A model generated the notes under the pieces. That model worked only from the letters and a program-made list of their open reading frames with translations, searched no databases and had not been told where the DNA came from. The position numbers were made by a program, and so were the translations under genes. A stretch of 64,000 nt of DNA, taken from the NCBI GenBank assembly GCA_050633245.1, contig JBOEGD010000026.1, positions 34,358-98,357 of the forward strand. Direction: 5' to 3'. This DNA comes from Calditrichia bacterium. GTDB lineage: Bacteria; Calditrichota; Calditrichia; RBG-13-44-9; J075. The first letter of the stretch is position 1. Every line of letters starts with the position of its first letter. Positions 47,239 through 57,803 of the stretch are shown piece by piece.

Positions 47239-49866
47239 TTAATTCACTGGTAGCCAGTAGTTAAATTTTACGGCAAAAAATTGATCGCCATCGTTTTCAA
47301 CCGAGCGAAAGAAGCGACTTATATTAGCACGTCCTGCAATGTCATCTTCGCGGTTTTGTTGCCAAACCAGAAAGAAGGTACTGCCCGGTCGCCATTCCCA
47401 GCGCATTACCAGGTTACTACGAAATGACTGTGCATTAAAATCCGGATTGTCAAAGGAAAAGCTTTCGGTGCCCTCCGTTACATTGATTTCATCATCTGTA
47501 CTTTGTAACGTGGTATTTGCATCGCGTCCGTAGAGCAGTAAATCATTGTTGCGTGCTTCGGTTAGCTCGCCATAGTTCCAAAAGCGTCCACTGGCATTGA
47601 ACGGCTCGGCGTATAGTTCAAGTGTAAGATCCGGGCTAAATGCATAGCTAAGACGAAAACGAGCAGCGATGGTTTTCTGATCGATTGTGGCAAAAATGTA
47701 GCGGTTGCCGAAGGTTGCAGCACTGCCGCTTGGATTGGCAATGGTCTCGACGTATTGTCGTCGATTTTCCGAGCGCTCAAAATCCGGACTAAGTCCAATT
47801 GTCCACCTTTCGCCGGGTTGATAATTAAAATCAAGTTGATACGAATACTGACGAGAATCGAGTTCATCAGAGGCATATTCAACTTCTGCCTTCCAACGAA
47901 AGGATGATGCTTGATTGTTTTGATGTTCGAGTTCTATGTCCCAGGTAGTTGCCGTTTTCATCAACGGTCCACCTCGGGTAAGACGATCATCCAGTTTTGC
48001 CGGAACATAGTCGATATCGAGTTCACTTACCCAGAAGTTCTTCCAGGTGATACCGCCGCCGACTCCAAATACCGCGACATTATGGATGCCATCGAAGTTC
48101 CACTCGTTGGCGTTGAAGATGAACCCGTAGTAGTTTTGGTAAAAGCTCTTGGGGGTACGCTCTTGGTAAATCAATTCACCGGTAAGAGAGAGATCATCTG
48201 CACCGCGCAGGCGCCCTACATCATTTACCTCAAATCCCGGGGATTCTAAGCCGGTGAAAATGCCCCAGGTCCAGTGTTCACCGTTAATCTTTTGCAGACG
48301 TAAACTGGCGCTCATTCCATTCATTGAGGTACTGGTCGTGTCAAGCTCTACGTGGTCGGCATCAGGACGTTGAAAATAGTGTGTGCTGTTTTCCTGGATA
48401 TTGCGAATGGCAGCGGCGTCTCCGGCGATATGGCTGAATCCCATTGCACCACGCAACCTGTAGGTATTTTGTTTCAAGCGAAGATTCCAATCGGCTCCAC
48501 CACTGAAGGCATTTTTGTTATACGCTTCTTTTAGAATGTCCGTGCGAAGATCCCGGCCAACACCGGTTAGGGATACCCCGAATGTTGAGGCGCTTTCGCC
48601 GAACTCTTGTTGAAGCCGCAAAACGGAGAAGCTGCTGAGGGGCGCCACTTCCACTTCGCCTTTTGTATTTGTCGCCTCGTCGAATGTTTTGGCATATTCG
48701 CGCGAGGTTATGGCTGTTAAGGCACCGATAGAGAGTCCGGTATTGAGTCGACCGGTAATTTTCGTGGCTCCCAGAATAGTCGTATTATCCGGTTCATCAA
48801 CAAAATCTCCATCTGCCTCACCACGTGGATTGGCGCCGATGCGTCTTGAATAATAGTAACTTGAACCGCCGCCCTGCAGAAGCTGATCACCTTCGGTAAA
48901 AAAAGGTCGTCTTTCATCGAAAAATGTTTCAAACGCCGATAGATTTACTTCAGCAGGATCGGCTTCTACCTGACCAAAGTCCGGATTGATTGTGGCGTCA
49001 AGTGTAACATTGGGACCGATTCCCATCTTCAGATCAAGACCGACTCGTGACGTATAGTCGGTCTTGGAAGCGAAGGGATCGTCATTGTCGATAGCATCCC
49101 GAACGGTTGACTCTCCGGCGATGTAGGGAAATACCTCAAGTCGACGAGAAGGTTTTAGATTTTTGATTCCCTGAAGGCTTCCAAACCGGGAAGACCAGCC
49201 GCCCTCATTTTGTGGGATTTGCACCCAATATGAGTCCTCATTGATAGCCGGAACCCAACGATTAATATTCAGTCCCCAGGTTTGTTTGTCTGTACTCTTG
49301 AAGCGCAGCTGTGAAAACGGGATCTTCAATTCTGCAGTCCAATACGTCTCACTTATCACTGTTTCGCCCTGCCAAACCGGATCAAATGAATAGTCGCGAT
49401 TAAACTCAGAATCCTCTGGGTGATAATAGTCTACGCGTGTTCCGGTAGCAGAAATACCAAAACTGTAGGCGGTGCGGCGGTCGCCATAGGTGTCCAATAC
49501 AATAATAATCCGTTCGGCATTCGAAATATCATCCCGACGCCCACGAGGGCTTATAATAGATTCCGGATTGGGTATGAACATGGTGGCGCCAATGTAGAGT
49601 GCGTCATCGTCATAAGCGAAGCGAACGACGGTCTTTTGCGAAGAGGCCGTTCCCTCAAGCGGTCGTGTCTGGACAAACGCGCTTGCAAATGATTCATTTT
49701 GCCAGATGCTCTCATTGAGCTTACCATCAAGCTCGATATCAGTGCCCTTATATGCAGTTACCGAGCGTTGGGAAAGCCCACTTTGCTGAGCATAATGTGG
49801 AGATATAAATAATAGTGTTATCAGGAAACAAGTAAGTAAACTGAGTTCTCTTCTCGTTGGCGCCAT
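47239..49866 (-). CDS. CBM9-like + DUF5916 outer-membrane protein
   Basis: LDGKLNESIW, WTAELKIPFSQLRF, DATINPDFGQVEAD, ERRPFFTEG, YSRRIG. Confidence 0.88.
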   Translation of the reverse strand: MAPTRRELSLLTCFLITLLFISPHYAQQSGLSQRSVTAYKGTDIELDGKLNESIWQNESFASAFVQTRPLEGTASSQKTVVRFAYDDDALYIGATMFIPNPESIISPRGRRDDISNAERIIIVLDTYGDRRTAYSFGISATGTRVDYYHPEDSEFNRDYSFDPVWQGETVISETYWTAELKIPFSQLRFKSTDKQTWGLNINRWVPAINEDSYWVQIPQNEGGWSSRFGSLQGIKNLKPSRRLEVFPYIAGESTVRDAIDNDDPFASKTDYTSRVGLDLKMGIGPNVTLDATINPDFGQVEADPAEVNLSAFETFFDERRPFFTEGDQLLQGGGSSYYYSRRIGANPRGEADGDFVDEPDNTTILGATKITGRLNTGLSIGALTAITSREYAKTFDEATNTKGEVEVAPLSSFSVLRLQQEFGESASTFGVSLTGVGRDLRTDILKEAYNKNAFSGGADWNLRLKQNTYRLRGAMGFSHIAGDAAAIRNIQENSTHYFQRPDADHVELDTTSTSMNGMSASLRLQKINGEHWTWGIFTGLESPGFEVNDVGRLRGADDLSLTGELIYQERTPKSFYQNYYGFIFNANEWNFDGIHNVAVFGVGGGITWKNFWVSELDIDYVPAKLDDRLTRGGPLMKTATTWDIELEHQNNQASSFRWKAEVEYASDELDSRQYSYQLDFNYQPGERWTIGLSPDFERSENRRQYVETIANPSGSAATFGNRYIFATIDQKTIAARFRLSYAFSPDLTLELYAEPFNASGRFWNYGELTEARNNDLLLYGRDANTTLQSTDDEINVTEGTESFSFDNPDFNAQSFRSNLVMRWEWRPGSTFFLVWQQNREDDIAGRANISRFFRSVENDGDQFFAVKFNYWLPVN

Positions 49867-49969
49867 AAAACGATCCTTGATTTGTATAGTGTTAGATTGC
49901 CTTCAGGGGGCAGGTGTTGTATCTTTCAAAATGTTGAATGCACATGCTTTATCACTTCTACGGAGAAAG

Positions 49970-50578
49970 ATGGCGAAGGTTATACTTCCAGGCAATTATT
50001 TTTCAACGGCATTGCAAGCGGTTACTCTGCTGCTTTTTCTCTTTTCCGCTATGCAGGCAGATGAAAAACTTTTTTCAACCATACGAGTTCACGCCGATGG
50101 CGCAGTGAATACCAATCGTGAATTGCTTCACCGCTATTTCAAATCTTCAACGGCAATTTCCGGAACAGTATCTACTCCGTTTTATTTAGGGCAGGCAGGT
50201 CTCGGATTCGCAAAGCTCGATTTTACCGGCAAAAATGAGTCTTTGCCCGATTTTGATATGACGATGTTATTTGTTTCCTGGGAGCTTTCACGAACTATTT
50301 CTGTTGCGAGCCTTTCTGCGAGAACACGTGTCGGCAATACTCTTATGAAGTTTGAAGAGAATCAGGTCTATCGTGGTTTGGGCGAGGTCTCGGAAAGTGA
50401 GCTTCATATTGGTGTTGGTGCAGGGGTGAATTTTCGTATCTGGAAGCGTCTAAGTTTTCAAACTGCGTGGGACAGAATAACCATTTTTACTCGTCAACGT
50501 ATTACTCTTCATTTTATCTCTGCTGGTTTAAGCATTGATTTTAATTCGCCAGACTGGTTAATTGATATACTAAAATAA
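49970..50578 (+). CDS. Hypothetical secreted protein, possibly small beta-barrel
   Basis: Signal-like N-terminus, alternating beta pattern; start uncertain. Confidence 0.55.
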   Translation: MAKVILPGNYFSTALQAVTLLLFLFSAMQADEKLFSTIRVHADGAVNTNRELLHRYFKSSTAISGTVSTPFYLGQAGLGFAKLDFTGKNESLPDFDMTMLFVSWELSRTISVASLSARTRVGNTLMKFEENQVYRGLGEVSESELHIGVGAGVNFRIWKRLSFQTAWDRITIFTRQRITLHFISAGLSIDFNSPDWLIDILK

Positions 50579-50596
50579 GTAACCGGAGATAGCTCG

Positions 50597-52204
50597 ATGC
50601 GATTTAGGCAATTAGCACTATTAGTCACTTTCTGTTCATCCATTCTTTTGGCACAAATCAGTCAGAATGTCAGCCTGTTAAATAGTAATAGCATTGCCCC
50701 AAGGCATTCAGGATCATGGGGGTACGTTGACGCTTCAGGAAACGAATATGCGCTGATTGGTGGAGGCGATGGCCTTTATGCGTTTGAAATGTCGACGTTT
50801 ACTCAGGTGGGATTTGTTGCAGGGCCATCGTCAAACTGGCGAGAGATAACCGTTGTGGGTGACTATGCCTACGTGACGTCAGAAGGTTTTAGCGGGACTC
50901 CCGGTTTGCAGATTGTTAACCTTGGCAATTTACCGGCCGGCATAACTCTGGAAACCACCTATACAACTGGATTTTCGACAGCCCACATTATTCAGGCTGA
51001 CATTTATACGGACTCGCCATATATATACGTGATGGGAGCTGGAGCGAACCCGGGTGCTCGGGTGTTAGACGTATCAAACCCTGTTAGCCCCGTTGAAGTA
51101 GCGAATTACGATCCCTACTATATCCATGATGCACATATTCGTGAAGACCGAATGTATGCTGCCGCCTTGGGAAATGGTCTTGATATCATAGACATCTCTG
51201 ATAAAACAAACCCGGTTTTCCTGGCAAAAATAACGCATCCGCAAGATTTCACGCACAGTAGCTGGACGCTCAAAGATAACAAGCACATTATAGTTACTGA
51301 TGAAGTGGATGGATTAACCGCGCGAATTTGGAATATTGAGGACTTGTCGAATATTTCTCTGGTTGCTGAATACAGTGCAAATTTGCAGAGTCTTGTTCAC
51401 AATCCTTACGTGCGTGATGACTTTGTTTTCATTTCGCACAATACAGAAGGGTTTCGCGTCTTGGATGTTGCCGACCCTGCGTTGCCGATTGAAGTAGGAT
51501 TTTACGACACTTGGTCGGGATCGAGTGGTGGCTTTAATGGCTTATGGTCTGCGTATCCCTATTTTCCATCAGGGCGTGTAATCGGAGGAGATCGCACAGA
51601 AGGATTTGTGGTGTTTAACTTTAACAACACCAAAGCTGCGCGCGTTTATGGAACGGTTATAGATTCGATTAGTGGAGATCCGATAGCCGGAGCGCAGGTC
51701 TTGGTTACTCCCGGATCTCGGCAGTTTTCTACCGACTTCAATGGCGAGTTCCAGTTTGGGGATTTGCCAAGCGGAGAAAGCTCTATTGATATTGAAGTAA
51801 GTGCTACAGGTTATACAACTCGTATTATTGATGGAATTGCATTACAAGGCGGAGATAGCTTGGCAATCGATATTAAGTTGGTTGATCCGACTCTGGTTGG
51901 AATATCAGATGATAACGTTCAGGCCCAACGCTTTACGCTTACCCAAAATTACCCTAACCCATTTAACCCGGCGACTGAAATCCGATATTATCTGCCGCGA
52001 AGTGAGCGAGTTCAGCTTACGGTATTCGACTTGCTTGGACGCCAAATAGCAAGTCTTGTTGACGCTACACAACCTGCGGGTTGGCATATTTCCCGCTGGG
52101 ATGGTTTAGACAATTATGGTAATGAAGTGACTTCCGGAGTGTATCTCTACCGTCTTGAAACAAATCTGGAACGTGACCATAAGAAGATGATCCTGATGAG
52201 ATAG
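50597..52204 (+). CDS. Choice-of-anchor B protein + carboxypeptidase-regulatory-like Ig domain + FlgD-Ig/Por-type tail
   Basis: GSWGYVD...EYAL, WREI, HSSW, TDE, WSAYPYFPSG; QNYPNPFNP. Confidence 0.82.
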   Translation: MRFRQLALLVTFCSSILLAQISQNVSLLNSNSIAPRHSGSWGYVDASGNEYALIGGGDGLYAFEMSTFTQVGFVAGPSSNWREITVVGDYAYVTSEGFSGTPGLQIVNLGNLPAGITLETTYTTGFSTAHIIQADIYTDSPYIYVMGAGANPGARVLDVSNPVSPVEVANYDPYYIHDAHIREDRMYAAALGNGLDIIDISDKTNPVFLAKITHPQDFTHSSWTLKDNKHIIVTDEVDGLTARIWNIEDLSNISLVAEYSANLQSLVHNPYVRDDFVFISHNTEGFRVLDVADPALPIEVGFYDTWSGSSGGFNGLWSAYPYFPSGRVIGGDRTEGFVVFNFNNTKAARVYGTVIDSISGDPIAGAQVLVTPGSRQFSTDFNGEFQFGDLPSGESSIDIEVSATGYTTRIIDGIALQGGDSLAIDIKLVDPTLVGISDDNVQAQRFTLTQNYPNPFNPATEIRYYLPRSERVQLTVFDLLGRQIASLVDATQPAGWHISRWDGLDNYGNEVTSGVYLYRLETNLERDHKKMILMR

Positions 52205-52530
52205 TATTTGCGGAAGGATAGAAATTAGAGTAGCGCCTGCTCTCTGGTTTCTTCGTCCTGCTTAATCCAAACTCTGGCATAGCTCATGCCTGTTTCCGGA
52301 TCTGTGCTGACACCCTTGGTATTTTCAGGAATATCATTCCCGTATACCATCATGCGTTTATAACCATTGCAGCATTTTACTGCGTCTGCTTTTTTCGACC
52401 AAACATGTCGTTTCGTTTTGCAAAAGTGCATCCGAATTCCCTTTCCATTAGATGGTTTCGTCCATGAAAGCTTCTCAGCTTACCAGTATTATCGTCTGGT
52501 CGAAAACCGTCATTAGGAATTAGTGAGTGT

Positions 52531-52557
52531 AAAAATTTGTCGTAAATATACGACAAA
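52531..52557 (-). terminator. Intrinsic terminator of the PhoH-family gene
   Basis: TTTGTCGTA / TACGACAAA stem, A5 on + strand. Confidence 0.65.
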
Positions 52558-52563
52558 CATTTT

Positions 52564-53883
52564 CTAAAGCAAGTTACTTGCTAATTCGGCTAGGGCAGAG
52601 CGTTCTCCCTTTTCCAAATTCACGTGTGCGTGCAGAGATTGGCCCTTCATTCGGTCGATTAGAAACGTCAAACCATTGGACTGAGCGTCGAGATAAGGCG
52701 TATCTATTTGGTATGGGTCGCCAGTGAAGATAATCCGTGTACCTTCTCCTGCGCGAGTAATAATTGTTTTCACCTCGTGTGGGGTAAGGTTTTGAGCTTC
52801 ATCTACTATGAAGAAAATTCGCTCGAGGCTTCTACCACGAATGTAGGATAACGGCGATATATAAAGCTTTTGATTGTCGATCATTTCGCTGATACGTTGA
52901 AAGTCACGATCATTTTCTTTGAAGCGATTGCGTATAACAGCCAGATTATCGTAGAGCGGCTGCATATACGGATCCAGTTTTTCTCCGATGTCTCCTGGCA
53001 GGTGGCCTAAATCGCGATTTGAAAGTGGCACGATTGGCCGTGCCAGATAGATTTGCTGATAGCGTCGTCGCATTTCAAGAGCAGCGGCTAAAGCGAGCAA
53101 CGTCTTTCCGGTTCCGGCCTTGCCCGAAAGCGTTACCAGTAGCACATCCGGATTTGTAAGCGCATGTAGCGCAAACGTTTGTTCTGCATTTCGCGGCGTG
53201 ATGCCATAGGCAGCCTGCTTATCGACTCGCATAATGGACTTTGTAGAGGTATTGTAATATGCCAGAACGGATTTTTGCTGTGTTTTTAAAATGAGATATT
53301 CGTTTGGCTGTAGACCGCGAAGTCCAATCTCTCGGGGGGCTAAGCCGTCCTGGTTAGCATACAGCATGTCGATATGAGAATCTGCAATATCAGTAATAAC
53401 TCGTTTGCCAGGATAGAGATTACGAATATCGGCAACGCGATCACTGAAATAATCCTGTGCAAGAATGCCAAGAGATTTTGCCTTGAGCCGCAGATTGATG
53501 TCTTTTGATACGAAGACAACTTCTCGTCGCTTGAACTTCTCATTTAAATTAAGGACGACACTTAAGATGCGGTGGTCTGGTTTGTCTTCCAAAAAGATTT
53601 GTTGAAACTCGGGGGTGCGTTGGTATTCGGTAATGATACGGATTTTACCTTTTCCTTTACCAAGATTGGCCCCGCCATTTACCAGCTTGTCGCCGGAGAG
53701 GCCATCGAGAGTGCGGATAAACTCTCGTGCGTTGTAATGAATCTGATCCTTGCCTTTTTTAAAGTGATCTATCTCTTCGAGAACGGTGATAGGGATAGCG
53801 ATATCGTGCTCATCAAAATTTTGAAGACAGTTGTAATCGTGGAGAAGAACATTCGTATCCAGCACGAACAGCTTTTTAGGCAT
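52564..53883 (-). CDS. PIN-PhoH (PhoH2/YlaK-like) protein
   Basis: VLDTNVLLHD, SKDINLRLKA, GKAGTGKT, YIRGRS, VDEAQNLT, GDPYQID. Confidence 0.93.
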   Translation of the reverse strand: MPKKLFVLDTNVLLHDYNCLQNFDEHDIAIPITVLEEIDHFKKGKDQIHYNAREFIRTLDGLSGDKLVNGGANLGKGKGKIRIITEYQRTPEFQQIFLEDKPDHRILSVVLNLNEKFKRREVVFVSKDINLRLKAKSLGILAQDYFSDRVADIRNLYPGKRVITDIADSHIDMLYANQDGLAPREIGLRGLQPNEYLILKTQQKSVLAYYNTSTKSIMRVDKQAAYGITPRNAEQTFALHALTNPDVLLVTLSGKAGTGKTLLALAAALEMRRRYQQIYLARPIVPLSNRDLGHLPGDIGEKLDPYMQPLYDNLAVIRNRFKENDRDFQRISEMIDNQKLYISPLSYIRGRSLERIFFIVDEAQNLTPHEVKTIITRAGEGTRIIFTGDPYQIDTPYLDAQSNGLTFLIDRMKGQSLHAHVNLEKGERSALAELASNLL

Positions 53884-54090
53884 AAAGGCTCCTTTTAAGT
53901 CTCAGATTATACTCCTTTTTTTATCTTCGGGTTCATAAAAGGTAAGATGAAGGCGGAATAAAATCTATAGTGGAATCAAATAAAATGTTGCTGTACCTGA
54001 TGAAGTTGAATTGGTAGAAATGGACTGTAGGTGAGGAGGAAGGGGGAGAAATAACAATAATTTCAAAATTTCGATGTTTTTTTCTAAGAA

Positions 54091-54121
54091 AGACTGCTCC
54101 ATTCTAACAATGCTCCAGTCT
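54091..54121 (+). repeat. Family A copy 3
   Basis: AGACTGCTCCATTCTAACAATGCTCCAGTCT; 54061-54122 nearly identical to 62375-62436. Confidence 0.92.
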
Positions 54122-54191
54122 GGTTCTCAGAAAAACAATTTCCAAAAAATGCGTCTTTTTTTCTAATATAGTACTAACTGTCTAGCTCACA

Positions 54192-54222
54192 AGACTGCTC
54201 CATTCTGACAATGCTCCAATGT
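54192..54222 (+). repeat. Family A copy 4 (decayed 3' end)
   Basis: AGACTGCTCCATTCTGACAATGCTCCAATGT. Confidence 0.88.
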
Positions 54223-54263
54223 GGCTAATACAATTGTTCTTCGAAAACGATTTTCTACTTAGA

Positions 54264-54294
54264 AACGTGAGTAGTTTTTAAAACTGCTCACGTT
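54264..54294. repeat. Family B palindrome copy 2
   Basis: aacgtgagtagtttt-t-aaaactgctcacgtt. Confidence 0.8.
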
Positions 54295-54382
54295 AAGTCG
54301 TTCTCCAGAATGCCCTATTCGAATCTGACGATGTTTTGATGTGGTGTATTAAATGTAGGGCGAGACTATCAACCTTAATAGA

Positions 54383-55855
54383 CTACTGCATCAACTCATT
54401 TAGCTTCTCCTGGCTGCCATCGCTTCCCAATTTAACCGCTTTTTTGAAACTCGCTATGGCCTTTGCCTTCTCATCATTGGCTAAATATCCATCACCAAGT
54501 GAATCCCAAACGTTGGATTCTTCCGGAAATAACGTCGAATTCAGCTTGAATAGTTCCAGCGCCCACTTCACATTATTATCCACCCTGAGAATAAGATAGC
54601 CGATTCGATTCAGTGGATCCGGATTACTGATATCCTCTATGTAGGCTTTGTTTAAATACGTTAGTAAGCCTGGAGATTTTTCAGGGCGGTTTTGTTGTGT
54701 ATACTCCCGAATAAAATAGTAGACATTTTTTTTGATCGGTTCAGGACTATAAGCCTGATCAAATATCATGTCCTTAATTGTATAGGCCAGTCTTTCAACA
54801 CTTGGACTATTTGCATTGGTTGCATATATGATTAACACATCTTCCTCCGGGAGCCAAAGGAGGGTATGTGAGAACGGGCCGTTCGAGCCATTATGAGAAA
54901 GAACAGCTGTATTTCTCTTCGATTGTCTTACTCCCCATCCATAGGCATACTTAAATGTGCCGCCCTTCGGTCCAATTCTTGGAGTCGTAAATTCGTAAAA
55001 AAGAGACTCTGGTAAAACTGTATGACTTTTCAAAGCGTTAAACCATTTGTGCATATCTTGCTGAGTCGAGTTAATTCCTCCATTCCCTTTAAGATGCCAA
55101 CTAATTGTGCCATCTTCCTGATAACGTGTAACCATAGACCCCATATCTAGAACATTACGATTATAACCTCTTGCTAAATTGCGACCGTTCCACTCCGGCA
55201 TTAGATAGCCTGTTTGATTCAGCCCGGCAGGTTTGAATAAATGTTCATTTAGAAAGCTTTCATAGCTTTGGCCCGAAACAAGTTCAATGATTCGTGCCAA
55301 AATGCTATACCCGGTATTAGAATAAGAATAGGTTGCCCCCGGCTGGTGAAGTAGTTTGCTTTCGTAAAGTTCCTCAAAAAATGCCTCCGTAGAAATTGTA
55401 TCAAAGTCTCGACCTATAGATTCTATGAAACCTGCTGAATGAGTTAGCAATTGCTGAATGGTTATTTCTTGTTTATCTGCCGGGAGATTTGGGAAAAAAT
55501 TGCGGAGGGGGTCACTCACTTTTAGCTTTTTGAACTGTACTAGCTTTAATATTGCCGCTCCTGTAAACTGCTTGGTATTGGAGCCAATATCAAAAACTGT
55601 ATTCGGGGTATTCAGAACTCCGCTTTCCTTGTTGGCTATACCATATCCCTTGTTAATTATGAGTTTTCCCTTAATAGCAATCAGAACTGCTCCCGAAAAT
55701 CCGTTCGCTGTTCCGGCACGAAGATATCCGTCAATGCGATTTTTAACGTCGTCAAGCTCACTTGCCGCTTTAGCAGACAGCAATTGTGCTCCTGCCAGAA
55801 ATAGAGCCGTCATTATAAGAGTTAAGGTCTTTTTACTGAAGCAGTTCTTCTTCAT
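54383..55855 (-). CDS. Serine hydrolase (beta-lactamase/AmpC-like) with C-terminal TPR
   Basis: IGSNTKQF (SxxK), LLTHSAG, YSNTGY, HNG; NVWDSLGDGY. Confidence 0.9.
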   Translation of the reverse strand: MKKNCFSKKTLTLIMTALFLAGAQLLSAKAASELDDVKNRIDGYLRAGTANGFSGAVLIAIKGKLIINKGYGIANKESGVLNTPNTVFDIGSNTKQFTGAAILKLVQFKKLKVSDPLRNFFPNLPADKQEITIQQLLTHSAGFIESIGRDFDTISTEAFFEELYESKLLHQPGATYSYSNTGYSILARIIELVSGQSYESFLNEHLFKPAGLNQTGYLMPEWNGRNLARGYNRNVLDMGSMVTRYQEDGTISWHLKGNGGINSTQQDMHKWFNALKSHTVLPESLFYEFTTPRIGPKGGTFKYAYGWGVRQSKRNTAVLSHNGSNGPFSHTLLWLPEEDVLIIYATNANSPSVERLAYTIKDMIFDQAYSPEPIKKNVYYFIREYTQQNRPEKSPGLLTYLNKAYIEDISNPDPLNRIGYLILRVDNNVKWALELFKLNSTLFPEESNVWDSLGDGYLANDEKAKAIASFKKAVKLGSDGSQEKLNELMQ

Positions 55856-55946
55856 AGATTACCTTCGTTCGTTGTTTAAGGGCAAAGGAATACCTTTGCC
55901 AAGGTTATTGGTTGAAATAGCTGTGAAACTTGTTTTTAAGAGGGGG

Positions 55947-56672
55947 TTAGCTATTCTTTAAAAGCTCATCCACATTTTTACGATATACTCTGCCGATCGG
56001 CAGTGTGGCCTTACCGATATGAATCATATTGCCTTCGATTTCCTCAATATGAGTAATTCCCGCGATAAATGATTTGTGGACCCGCATAAATTTGGATGAG
56101 GGTAATGTTTTCGCCAGGACAGAAATCTTTTCCGGAGTTAAGATCACTTTTTTAGGCAACGTGAGTTCACAATAATTCCCTTTGGCTTCAACAAAAAGAA
56201 TATCAGCGATCGCAACCTGGTGATATTTTTTTTCTCCCTTTAAAAAAAGCGACTCCTTACCAGACTTACCTGTCATTGTTGCCGCGACATGGGTTGTGCC
56301 TTCGGGCGCTTTTGCGGAAAAGGTATTAATGGCCTTGTTCACAGCCTTCAGGAACCGTTCGAACCCGAATGGCTTGAGCAGGTAATCGCAAACGCTTAGT
56401 TCAAATCCTTCCAGCGCAAATTCTTTATGAGCCGAAGTAACTATAACCTGAGGTGGATTGTCCAATGTTCTTAGAAAGTCGAAACCACGCAATTTTGGCA
56501 TATTCATGTCCAGAAAGATAATGTCTGGCTGATTGTCTCGCAGAAAGTCCAGCGCCTGTAGCGCATCGTAGCAATTTGCCTGCAGATTCATAAATGCGAG
56601 ATCTTTGCAATAGGTCTCGATAACGCGATGGGCAATTGGCTCATCATCAACGATTATGTAGGATATATTCAT
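55947..56672 (-). CDS. LytTR-family response regulator
   Basis: IVDDEP, FLDMNMP, DYLLKP, FMRVHKSF. Confidence 0.93.
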   Translation of the reverse strand: MNISYIIVDDEPIAHRVIETYCKDLAFMNLQANCYDALQALDFLRDNQPDIIFLDMNMPKLRGFDFLRTLDNPPQVIVTSAHKEFALEGFELSVCDYLLKPFGFERFLKAVNKAINTFSAKAPEGTTHVAATMTGKSGKESLFLKGEKKYHQVAIADILFVEAKGNYCELTLPKKVILTPEKISVLAKTLPSSKFMRVHKSFIAGITHIEEIEGNMIHIGKATLPIGRVYRKNVDELLKNS

Positions 56673-57559
56673 GATAGAAACAGTTTCAGTGATGCTTTAT
56701 AGGTGGATGTATTTTCAATTTTAGTCTGCAGCGAATGCTTGTCCGGATAGAGAAGCTCCAGCCTGCGTCGCAAGTTTTTCAAGCCTATTCCTGGCTCTCC
56801 CTTTTCTGTTGGATCGAAGTTGTTAGAGATTTCAAAATAGACCTGTTCGGTTGTTACCATGAGTTGCATATGAATAAAGGCATCATCAATCAGGGTTTCC
56901 GCGCCATGTTTAAACGCATTTTCTACCAGCATGATAAGCAGTAGTGGTGGAAGTTTACAATCAGGATCTTCTACCATGTGACTGAAGGAAATATCTACCT
57001 TCTTATGATGGCGGATTTTATTCAGCTCGATATAGTTCTCTAAATAAGCAATATCAGCTTCAACCGGTACCAGGTCTTTTTCGCCCTCATAGATTGTATA
57101 TCGCATAATATCCGATAGTTTTAGAATGACCTCAGGTGCCTTGTCTGACTTCTCTACAGTTAGACCATAAAGGTTGTTTAGCGTATTGAAGAAGAAGTGC
57201 GGGTTGATCTGAGTCCGCAGCATATGGAGCTCGGCCTGCATCGCCATCTCATGAAGCTGCTTTACCTTGCGTCGTTGAATGAAGCGATCGACGATTAAGA
57301 ATGCTGCAACTCCAAAAATTATTAATGCTAGAATTGTTTCCGGAACACCCTCTTCACCTGCATTGGCAATCATTAGAAAAAATGCCAGAGCCAGAAGGGC
57401 AATTCCAATTTTACTGCGTTGTTGCCAAATTACTTTGCCAAGACGGGACAAGCCCCTGACGATTTTTTTCAACAGCCAAACGGGGAAATAAAGACCCTTG
57501 GTAAAAAGTGCGCGAAAAAATCGTCCTATTCCGGTAAATATCGATTTGAATATTTTCAT
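56669..57559 (-). CDS. LytS/YehU-type sensor histidine kinase
   Basis: QINPHFFFNTLNN, LVENAFKHG, GIGLKNLRRRL; start moved to MKIFKSI. Confidence 0.92.
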   Translation of the reverse strand: MKIFKSIFTGIGRFFRALFTKGLYFPVWLLKKIVRGLSRLGKVIWQQRSKIGIALLALAFFLMIANAGEEGVPETILALIIFGVAAFLIVDRFIQRRKVKQLHEMAMQAELHMLRTQINPHFFFNTLNNLYGLTVEKSDKAPEVILKLSDIMRYTIYEGEKDLVPVEADIAYLENYIELNKIRHHKKVDISFSHMVEDPDCKLPPLLLIMLVENAFKHGAETLIDDAFIHMQLMVTTEQVYFEISNNFDPTEKGEPGIGLKNLRRRLELLYPDKHSLQTKIENTSTYKASLKLFLS

Positions 57560-57803
57560 GCTGCAACATAAAGATGAATTCTCGGTGAGGCAAAGTTTGT
57601 CGTTAAACAGCATGTTTTTACTGATAAACGACATTTTATAACTATTTATAACACTTTATCCATGCAGGATTGTCATTTAGGTGGCAAATCGTGTCGTTTG
57701 TCCTCATAGTTTGGTGCCAAGTCTCTTAGGTATTACTTTCCATACAGAAAACGCAACCCCCACATTTTATTTAATACAATTTTGATATTGGGAAGGACAG
57801 CAA

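Noticed and set aside
52225-52431. 68-aa minus-strand ORF
   Set aside because: No recognisable family and an in-frame stop shortly upstream; possibly a remnant but unsupported
57580-57720. LytTR binding direct repeats
   Set aside because: Only weak TCGnTnAA-like matches with inconsistent spacing
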